Of a stretch of 62,505 nucleotides of DNA, positions 55,376 through 62,308 are shown in pieces. The position numbers were made by a program, and so were the translations under genes. Under the pieces are notes generated by a model, which saw nothing but the letters and a program-made list of their open reading frames with translations, did not search any database and was not told the origin of the DNA. Positions within the stretch are counted from its first letter, which is position 1. Every line of letters starts with the position of its first letter. Source of the stretch: Candidatus Tayloriibacteriota bacterium (lineage in GTDB: Bacteria > Patescibacteriota > Minisyncoccia > Phycocordibacterales > PALSA-1337); the NCBI GenBank assembly GCA_003151615.1, contig PLXZ01000005.1, forward strand, positions 1-62,505, given 5' to 3'.

Positions 55376-55404
55376 ACATTATCACACTTCTATGTGATAG
55401 TCAA
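55376..55404 (-). promoter_or_regulatory. candidate promoter of the Nudix gene with an embedded perfect palindrome
   Basis: Minus strand: TTGACT, 17 nt, TAATGT. The palindrome TATCACA-N6-TGTGATA (55380-55399) fills the spacer. Confidence 0.5.
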
Positions 55405-55430
55405 TACTCGCCGCGGCTACGCGCCTTACA

Positions 55431-55952
55431 TTAGATTTTTTTGAATTTCTCCCACTTCTGCTTGAAAAGTTCCTGCATTTCCTGAAGAATTGTCGGATCA
55501 ACCAGATGTTCAAGGGGCCGGCCTGCAATGAGAGCGTCACGAACCTCAGTCGCGGAAGTCTTCAAGGAAGTCCCGTCAAAACGGTTGAAAATGGTGCAAT
55601 CGCGGCCGTCATCAAGAAAAAACCGGATGTCTTCCTGACAGCCTCCGAAAAAAGTGACGTGTCGCGGATCGATTCCGGCGACGCGCAGAATGTCATCGAG
55701 TGCGGAAAGCCATTCCTTGTCATTATGATAGTCGGGCAGACCCACCAATTTGACATCCGGAAACAGTTTTTGTATGAATTGTTTGCGTTCGTGGTATGTG
55801 AAAAAATGACGAAGCGAAAAAGCCGCGTTTGAACTGCCAATGACGAGAAGGCTGTTTTTGGCACCGTGTTTTTTGAGCATCTCCCCGACCACTGCGGCAT
55901 GGCCGTTATGAAACGGATTGAATCTGCCGACATAGACTGCTAATTTCTTCAT
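55431..55952 (-). CDS. nadM: NadM-type nicotinamide/nicotinate mononucleotide adenylyltransferase
   Basis: VGRFNPFHNGH (HxGH motif) and SATEVRDAL (ISxT.IR-like motif) in a 173-aa protein. Confidence 0.8.
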   Translation of the reverse strand: MKKLAVYVGRFNPFHNGHAAVVGEMLKKHGAKNSLLVIGSSNAAFSLRHFFTYHERKQFIQKLFPDVKLVGLPDYHNDKEWLSALDDILRVAGIDPRHVTFFGGCQEDIRFFLDDGRDCTIFNRFDGTSLKTSATEVRDALIAGRPLEHLVDPTILQEMQELFKQKWEKFKKI

Positions 55953-55971
55953 GGGATTATTCTAGCATAAT

Positions 55972-56001
55972 AAAAAAACCGAGACCATTTCCTGGTCCCG
56001 G
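55972..56001 (-). terminator. intrinsic terminator 19 nt upstream of the nadM start codon
   Basis: Minus strand: CCGGGACCA-GGAAA-TGGTCTCGG followed by TTTTTTT. Confidence 0.7.
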
Positions 56002-56180
56002 CTGAGTTAAATCCGAATAACAATTACTCGTAGTGTTTTCATTTTTCAATCCACGGGAGACGAACGCGTTAGCGTACCTTGTCTCACTCGCGCGCACTGC
56101 GTGCACTTCCCTTGTTACAGGGCCTTGTAAGGCAAGGTAGCCTTGGTTGTTGATTTGTTAACGAACTAACTGCTAAATCG
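56002..56180 (-). ncRNA. candidate cis-regulatory leader or independent sRNA upstream of nadM
   Basis: Non-coding stretch ending in the minus-strand terminator 55972-56001. It contains mutually exclusive pairings CAAGG-cta-CCTTG-cctta-CAAGG and several short GC hairpins. The candidate promoter (TTGACA at 56210-56205) is weak. Confidence 0.3.
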
Positions 56181-56250
56181 TATATTGTTATAAAAATATG
56201 AGATTGTCAACTGAAGATGGTCTTAACCAACTAATATCGGGATGGTTACT

Positions 56251-56476
56251 GCGGCAGTTTTTACTCGAAGTTCGAACCTTTTTCGCTGAAAATCCGGAAC
56301 AATGAGGAGAGGGCGGACGGAGGACTGGGGGTGTGGGGGAAGGACTCCGTCCGCCCTCGCTATTTGTTTTTTTTCTGTCACAATCTCAAAAAAGTGGAGT
56401 CGGACGGCACGGCAGGAGGGGTGTGGGGAGGAATGCCGTGCCGTCCTCCGCTGTTTTTGGGGGCGGGCGGGGCGGG
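56251..56476 (+). repeat. left repeat module: 46-nt conserved segment plus two hairpins with G-rich loops plus a G4 motif
   Basis: 56251-56296 matches the reverse complement of 62460-62505 at 43/46 positions. Hairpin 1 is 56309-56358 (14-bp stem, loop GACTGGGGGTGTGGGGGAAGGA, then a T-run). Hairpin 2 is 56402-56446 (13-bp stem, loop GGAGGGGTGTGGGGAGGAA, then a T-run). Confidence 0.85.
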
Positions 56477-56644
56477 AAAAAATCTCTATATCTTATCTTT
56501 TTATAAATTCACAATGTCGAGCTTCCATAAATCATGGGTGGGTGTATAATTACATTACACCAATTTCAAAAAGGTGAGACAAGTCATTAAAAGTCAACTA
56601 AAATTATCAATATGTTCGTATTAAAAACTAACTATGCGATTAAC

Positions 56645-56659
56645 GAGAGAGAGAGAGAG
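56645..56659 (+). repeat. (GA)7 dinucleotide tract in the 5' region of the giant surface-protein gene
   Basis: The sequence GAGAGAGAGAGAGAG read directly. Confidence 0.95.
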
Positions 56660-56706
56660 TAAAAGCTCCCTCTAAAAATTCAAAAATATTTTTTATAGCT
56701 GCCTGT

Positions 56707-59700
56707 TTGGTTTGTTTTTTGATGTCTGTACAAGGCGTTCACGCTTCAACTATAACATATACTCCGTCAAACCTTACTCTCGACTCGACAACAACAATTC
56801 AAGGTCTATCCGATCTTCGGACAGCATCAGGAAATCTCTATCTCAATTGGAACAGACCGGTCGTAGACTCAGACTATATTGGCTATTGGAATTTCGATGA
56901 TGCAAATGGCACCAGTACAGCAGTAGATAGTTCTACACATGCAAATAAGGCCACACTGCAGAATATCACCTCGTACTCTCCTGGTCTCACAACTGCTACA
57001 CCTTATGCGGGAGCAAATGACATTGGTTTTGATTCAGCTAATTATGTATCAGCAGGGAATGTCCTCTTGTATGAAAAGACACAACCATGGACAGCTATGG
57101 GCGCGATCAAGGTATACACGAAACCCCCAGCAGGAGGGGCTGAAATTATCTTTTCGAATGTCAATGCAAGTCCATTTCCTGGATATGAGCTATGGATAAA
57201 TGATGCTGGACAGCTCCATGTTCGAATCGTCAATAACATCTTTACCAATTACATTGGAGTCAAAGGAACGACAGATGTGACAGATAACAATTGGCATTTT
57301 GTAGCGGCATCATATGACGGCTCAGGCACCGCTGCCGGAGTAAAGATATATCTTGATGGTGTGGCACAGACGACGACAGTTGAATCAGATAACTTAACAG
57401 GGTCAAGCGTCAGTACGGGTCCGCTTCTGATTGGTAACCAGACGCTATATGAGAATCAATTTTTTCTTCGTGGATATTTGGATGAATTTTCTCTATCAAA
57501 TATAGTAAGGTCTCCGAGCTATATTTCAACATATTCGACATCAAGCAGTTTGCCTCCTGATGATGCGAACACCGTTCTTTCGTACCACTTCAACCAGACC
57601 TCTGGTACGACCGCTACCGACTCATCTTCTAATGCTTACAATGGCACTTTGACCATGCCGGATATGTTTACTCACTACCCATCGGAATTGTGGCTTGGGA
57701 ATAGGACGCTGCAAGTTATGGGGCATAGCACTGATTATGCAAGTGCGCCCTCTATACCTTTATATAATCTTGGTAGTACATTTACGATCACTATGTGGTC
57801 AAACTCGCTCGTCAACCCTTCTACAGGATTATTGCAAAGGTATCCGAGCTGGGATTTTATGTCTGGATATTCCGGGACTGGTAATTTCTTGTCATGGTAT
57901 GACGGCACCGCTTTTAAACAGAGTGCATATACTCCTGGTATTGGTTGGCATCAGTATGCTGTGAGATTTAATAGTGGGACATTAGATTATCTCGTTGACG
58001 GCAGTATCATAAAGACGCAGAGCGGTGTGGCGACGCCCGCGGTGTCGACTGCAATACTGACTTTCGGTCAGTCAGTTGGGGCCGGAGCATCGCTGACTGG
58101 CTACATCAGTAATACAACTATATCGAGCACGACTCGATCTGATGCGTATCTCCAACAATTTGCCAAGAGATACCCACCATGGGGTATTGCGAATATAAAT
58201 CCATCTGTATCGACTGGTAGTGGCGGCGGTGATTTTGGATCTACAATGAATATTACCGAACTAGATGCTAACTTTAGCCAGCCTTATTTAACTAGTATTC
58301 AATATAGGATTGGTTCGGGAAGTTCTGCCGCCGCCGCGACCGCGGATAAACAAGGTCAATCATTCGCAACACTCAATCCGACGAATTCGATAAATAAGAC
58401 AGGCCGCTATATTGATTACGATGTCAAATTGATTAGTAGTAGCGATACACTTGCGAGTTCGACCCCGTCTCTGTCAAGCATTACGCTGACATATGCAAAT
58501 GCAATCACCCCTCCCACTCTCCTTACGCCCAACTTCTCAGGTGTCACCCAGACTGGTGCTACTGCCTCAAGTTCGATCTCGGCCACGGGTGGAGAAAATC
58601 CCGCGACCGAAGGATTCGCTTGGGGCACGGATACTTCATATTCTATCGGCACCACTTCCGCAAGCGGCTCTTTCGGAATATCAGATTTCCAAAATGCAAC
58701 AACAACTCTCACGTGTGGCACTATTTACCACGTCCGTGCTTACGCCACCAACTCCGGAGGCACTGGCTTTAGCTCTGATGCGAGTACGACGACGAGCCCA
58801 TGCAACGCCACAGCCTACACCTTCGCTGGCCCTCCATCGGGTAATGTCGGTTCCGCCTCGACCAATTTCACAGTGACTCCAAATGGGCCATATACAGGCA
58901 ACATCATCTTGACTCCTACCGGGTCAGGAAGCACGGGGCTTTCCGCGACTACTCTGAGCTTCTCGAATTCTAGTATCGCACAGACATTCACGATCACTCC
59001 GACTGTGGCAGGCTCAATCACACTCACGCCGACTAATAGCGGAAGTCTGACCAATCCCTCGAACCTGACATATAGCGTGAATGCCGTCGTACCCGGTTCG
59101 CCAACGTCTGTATCCGCCGCGACATCAAGTCCGAATCAGGCAACCATCAGCTTCAGTGCTCCTGCATTTGACGGTGGATCCTCGATTCTCTATTATCTCG
59201 CCTCCTCGACTCCTGGGAATTTAACGGGAACCTCTTCAGGTTCTCCCATCACCGTCACTGACCTGACCAACGGCACTTCATACACCTTTGCCGTATATGC
59301 AGTGAACGCGGCAGGCACTAGCTCGCCATCAACAGCCTCGAATGCTGTCATACCTATCGGTGTTCCCGGTGCTCCGACGGGAGTTGTTGCTACGGCCGGC
59401 AATACTCAAGCAGTGGTTAATTTCAGCGCTCCAGTATCAACCGGCGGCAGTCAGATTACGGGCTATACCGTGACATCAAGTCCGGCAAGTGGCACTGATA
59501 CCGATGCCGGCTCTACCACTCTCACTCATACCGTGACGAACCTCGCTAATGGAACGCCATACACTTTCACCGTGACTGCCACTAACATTGTTGGTACCGG
59601 TAGTGCTTCGGGTGCATCATCTCCGATCACTCCTTCGACTGTTGTAGCCGTATCAACTAATGTCATTACTAACATTGCTTCAACGAGCGCCACCTTGAGT

Positions 59701-61230
59701 GGTTCAATCACTTCAACAGGAGGATCTGATGCTAGCCAGCACGGTTTTGCCTATGGTACTGTTGCCGACCTCTCTACGGTAATAGCGACGACTACACTGG
59801 GTTCCCAAATAGGCACTGGCACCTTCACGAGTTCCGTGACTGGTATCACGCCTAATACTACTTACTATGTCCGCGCGTACGCCGTGAACGTCTCCGGAAC
59901 AACCACTGGCTCAATTATTTCTTTCCTTACTTTGCCTACGGTTCCGACACTAACCACTCAAGCTCCGACGGCTGGATCAGGCGTATTCTTCTCTGCTAAT
60001 GGAAATATCACAGCAACCGGCGGAGTGAATGCCACCGTGCGTGGTTTTGTCTACGGCACGACTATAGCGTATGGAGCGACAACTACTGAAAGCGGTTCAT
60101 TCACAACAGGTGCGTATAATGCCACGATTACCGGTCTTGACTGCAATACTCTCTACCATGTGGCTTCATATGCTGTAAATACAGGAGGCACAAGCTACGG
60201 TTCTGACCAGACGATCACCACAGGCGCTTGCACAAAGCCGACAGTTGCCACTTCAACTCCTTCAGGCATCACAACCACAGTTGCTACCCTGAACGGTGCT
60301 ATAACCGACGAAGGTAACGCATCCTCGACTATCGAAGGTTTCAACTGGGGTAATGACACGAACTACGGCCAGATTGCCTCGACGAATGGAATCTTCGGCA
60401 TTGGCACTTTTTCACAATCATTGACGGGACTAACCTGTGGCACCACGTATCATTATCAAGCTTTTGCTACCAATTTCGCCGGACAGGGAACTTCAAACGA
60501 TCAATCATTCACGACTTCGGCCTGCTCGTCTTCTGGCGGCGGCTCTGTTTCAAGCGGTGGCGGCGGAGGCGGGGGATCAGTATCTTTGACTGCTCTCGCA
60601 GCCTTACTCGCCCCTTCGGCTTCAACTACCGCATATCTGAATTCTTTGACTGCTCCTGGATGCCCGACAGGCCTTGTGTGTACACCAAATCAAGTGCCGA
60701 CTCCTCAAACAGTCTCAAATTTGCCTTCAATCAATCTGACTCTAGGTTCTCAAGGAAATGACGTCACGGAGTTGCAAAATTTCCTCATAGCAAACAATTA
60801 TCTTGGTCCAAGATACAATACTGGATACTTTGGTCCCCTTACCATGGCCGCTCTTGCCAAGTATCAAACAGACCACGATATTTCACCGGCTATCGGATAC
60901 TATGGCCCAATTACCCGAGCGACGATCGATGCCACTGTTCCAACGACATCAGCTCCGACAACACCGTCAGCAACTGCGCCGGAAGTCTTCGCTCGTGACC
61001 TATACTTTGGCATTACAGGTTCGGATGTACGAGACTTGCAAAAGTTTCTCAATGCCAACAGCTTTATCATTGCCACCTCGGGCCCAGGCTCACCCGGCAA
61101 CGAATCCGACTACTTTGGTCCGGCTACGCGCGATGCTCTGATTAGGTTCCAAAATTACAATCACATAACTCCGGCGCAGGGATATTTTGGACCGGTTACG
61201 AGGAATATTGTCGATGCGATGATGAAATAG
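56707..61230 (+). CDS. giant (>=1507 aa) wall-associated protein: 2 LamG, FN3 modules, five ~90-aa Ig-like repeats, 2 peptidoglycan-binding domains
   Basis: LamG: YIGYWNFDDANG..LDEFSLSN. FN3: PGSPTSVSAA..GTSYTFAVYAVNAAGTS, present twice. Ig-like repeats: GF.(W/Y)GT..Y..TTL.CGT.YHVRAYA.N..GT. Then a Gly linker and two PG_binding_1-like domains (GNDVTELQNFLIANNYLG..GYFGPLTMAALAKYQ). The track start is a TTG that leaves only half a signal peptide; see the (GA)n finding. Confidence 0.8.
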   Translation: MVCFLMSVQGVHASTITYTPSNLTLDSTTTIQGLSDLRTASGNLYLNWNRPVVDSDYIGYWNFDDANGTSTAVDSSTHANKATLQNITSYSPGLTTATPYAGANDIGFDSANYVSAGNVLLYEKTQPWTAMGAIKVYTKPPAGGAEIIFSNVNASPFPGYELWINDAGQLHVRIVNNIFTNYIGVKGTTDVTDNNWHFVAASYDGSGTAAGVKIYLDGVAQTTTVESDNLTGSSVSTGPLLIGNQTLYENQFFLRGYLDEFSLSNIVRSPSYISTYSTSSSLPPDDANTVLSYHFNQTSGTTATDSSSNAYNGTLTMPDMFTHYPSELWLGNRTLQVMGHSTDYASAPSIPLYNLGSTFTITMWSNSLVNPSTGLLQRYPSWDFMSGYSGTGNFLSWYDGTAFKQSAYTPGIGWHQYAVRFNSGTLDYLVDGSIIKTQSGVATPAVSTAILTFGQSVGAGASLTGYISNTTISSTTRSDAYLQQFAKRYPPWGIANINPSVSTGSGGGDFGSTMNITELDANFSQPYLTSIQYRIGSGSSAAAATADKQGQSFATLNPTNSINKTGRYIDYDVKLISSSDTLASSTPSLSSITLTYANAITPPTLLTPNFSGVTQTGATASSSISATGGENPATEGFAWGTDTSYSIGTTSASGSFGISDFQNATTTLTCGTIYHVRAYATNSGGTGFSSDASTTTSPCNATAYTFAGPPSGNVGSASTNFTVTPNGPYTGNIILTPTGSGSTGLSATTLSFSNSSIAQTFTITPTVAGSITLTPTNSGSLTNPSNLTYSVNAVVPGSPTSVSAATSSPNQATISFSAPAFDGGSSILYYLASSTPGNLTGTSSGSPITVTDLTNGTSYTFAVYAVNAAGTSSPSTASNAVIPIGVPGAPTGVVATAGNTQAVVNFSAPVSTGGSQITGYTVTSSPASGTDTDAGSTTLTHTVTNLANGTPYTFTVTATNIVGTGSASGASSPITPSTVVAVSTNVITNIASTSATLSGSITSTGGSDASQHGFAYGTVADLSTVIATTTLGSQIGTGTFTSSVTGITPNTTYYVRAYAVNVSGTTTGSIISFLTLPTVPTLTTQAPTAGSGVFFSANGNITATGGVNATVRGFVYGTTIAYGATTTESGSFTTGAYNATITGLDCNTLYHVASYAVNTGGTSYGSDQTITTGACTKPTVATSTPSGITTTVATLNGAITDEGNASSTIEGFNWGNDTNYGQIASTNGIFGIGTFSQSLTGLTCGTTYHYQAFATNFAGQGTSNDQSFTTSACSSSGGGSVSSGGGGGGGSVSLTALAALLAPSASTTAYLNSLTAPGCPTGLVCTPNQVPTPQTVSNLPSINLTLGSQGNDVTELQNFLIANNYLGPRYNTGYFGPLTMAALAKYQTDHDISPAIGYYGPITRATIDATVPTTSAPTTPSATAPEVFARDLYFGITGSDVRDLQKFLNANSFIIATSGPGSPGNESDYFGPATRDALIRFQNYNHITPAQGYFGPVTRNIVDAMMK

Positions 61231-61247
61231 ATCGTCAAACTATTTTC

Positions 61248-61970
61248 ATGGATGATCAAACAACGTCAAACGAATTAACTACTGATACACCATCAGCGCT
61301 GCCGGCAAATCCACCAGAATCGGCTCCGACCGCTGTTGATCTGGTTTCTGGCCAATCAGAGGGTTCTGATACCGTCGATATGCCTCCAGAGCCACCAAAA
61401 TCGCCTATAGACGCTCCAAGCACATCTCCCGTTGAAGATCAAAATTCAGGCATAAATCAGTCAGAGAGCGACGAGCCGAAAACACCAGAATCTGCGCCAA
61501 ATGAGCCACAATCTTCGAGTGATGATCAGCAAGTTCCTGCAGCCGATGAATCGACAACAGAACCAGAAAATTTGCCGGAATCTGAACCAACTCAACCAGC
61601 TCCAACACAGCCAATTTCGGTTCAACAGTCGATCCAATCAACCACAGTGCAATCTGCACCCGATTCAGCGCCGACGCCACAGACTCCGACAGCTCCACAC
61701 ACGCAACCGTCGACGCAACAGGATGAAGTCGGCTTCATTCGCTCACTTTTAAACAAAGCAAACGCCAAACTTCTATCAAATAGACAAAAGAAGTTGAATA
61801 AAATCATCCAATTCGCTCAAGAAAAGAAAATTATCAAAAACGATGACATTCAGAAACTTTTGCGCGTCTCTGACACAACCTCGACACGTTATCTTGTAAA
61901 ATTAGTCCAACAAGGTCATTTGATTCGCGTAGGTTTACTACGAGATGCAAAATATCAATTCGTGGAGTGA
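61248..61970 (+). CDS. P/S/Q-rich disordered protein with a C-terminal winged-helix (DeoR-like) domain
   Basis: About 170 aa of low complexity, then KIIQFAQEKKIIKNDDIQKLLRVSDTTSTRYLVKLVQQGHLIRVG. It starts 17 nt after the giant gene. Confidence 0.55.
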   Translation: MDDQTTSNELTTDTPSALPANPPESAPTAVDLVSGQSEGSDTVDMPPEPPKSPIDAPSTSPVEDQNSGINQSESDEPKTPESAPNEPQSSSDDQQVPAADESTTEPENLPESEPTQPAPTQPISVQQSIQSTTVQSAPDSAPTPQTPTAPHTQPSTQQDEVGFIRSLLNKANAKLLSNRQKKLNKIIQFAQEKKIIKNDDIQKLLRVSDTTSTRYLVKLVQQGHLIRVGLLRDAKYQFVE

Positions 61971-61977
61971 AGCCTGG

Positions 61978-62027
61978 CGTGGCTCACTTAATTTTGTCTG
62001 TGGCTCAATTGGTGGAAATGAGCCACG
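61978..62027 (+). repeat. 50-nt hairpin-forming direct repeat, copy A
   Basis: CGTGGCTCACTTAATTTTGTCTGTGGCTCAATTGGTGGAAATGAGCCACG. GTGGCTCA occurs twice in direct orientation and once inverted. Confidence 0.9.
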
Positions 62028-62055
62028 CGGATTTTAGATTCTCTTTCAAACTCCA

Positions 62056-62221
62056 TCGAGAAGCAGTCGACTTTCGCTTTCTATAAATGTTCTGTCAAGC
62101 GGTTGTCTGTGTGGCGGAGCACCTCGCGGTCGCTTCGGCGACGGCGAGTGTTTCCGTGCGAAGCCGTTCGGACAACCGCGAAGACTCCAACCTTTAAAAG
62201 CGAAAGTGGACTGCTTCGAGC
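62056..62221 (+). ncRNA. candidate structured RNA (unknown class)
   Basis: Closing helix 62060-62080 / 62197-62217 (21 nt, one mismatch). Helix 62099-62107 / 62171-62179 (9 bp). Hairpin 62123-62148 is 5+5 bp capped by C(UUCG)G on the plus strand. The strand call rests only on the UUCG loop. Confidence 0.4.
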
Positions 62222-62246
62222 TTACAAACTTCTGCGATAAACTATC

Positions 62247-62296
62247 CGTGGCTCACTTAATCTTGTTCGTGGCTCAATTGGTGGAAGTGAGCCACG
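62247..62296 (+). repeat. 50-nt hairpin-forming direct repeat, copy B
   Basis: CGTGGCTCACTTAATCTTGTTCGTGGCTCAATTGGTGGAAGTGAGCCACG. It differs from copy A at only 4 of 50 positions. Confidence 0.9.
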
Positions 62297-62308
62297 TTCA
62301 TCATGAAT

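Noticed and set aside
56100-56160. Match of the nadM leader (..TCAACAACCAAGG..) to the class I NAD+ riboswitch (nadA motif).
   Set aside because: Only a partial resemblance to one conserved box, and no tandem-domain architecture that I can draw. It remains an unclassified candidate.
56262-56276. tRNA-like T-arm string GAAGTTCGAACC in the conserved 46-nt segment, plus a general search of intergenic regions for tRNA genes.
   Set aside because: No acceptor, D or anticodon arms can be drawn around it. I found no cloverleaf candidates in any other intergenic region.
56302-56577. Track ORFs 56302-56577, 56331-56549 and 62222-62491, 62257-62454, encoding Gly/Arg/Cys/Trp-rich peptides.
   Set aside because: They are translations of the GC-rich hairpin repeats (stems plus G-rich loops), have no start context, and differ between the two repeat copies by indels that would not preserve a protein.
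61978-62296. Possible CRISPR array, because of two near-identical 50-nt direct repeats.
   Set aside because: There are only two copies, 219 nt apart, far more than a spacer length. The intervening sequence is itself a long helix, and no cas genes are present.
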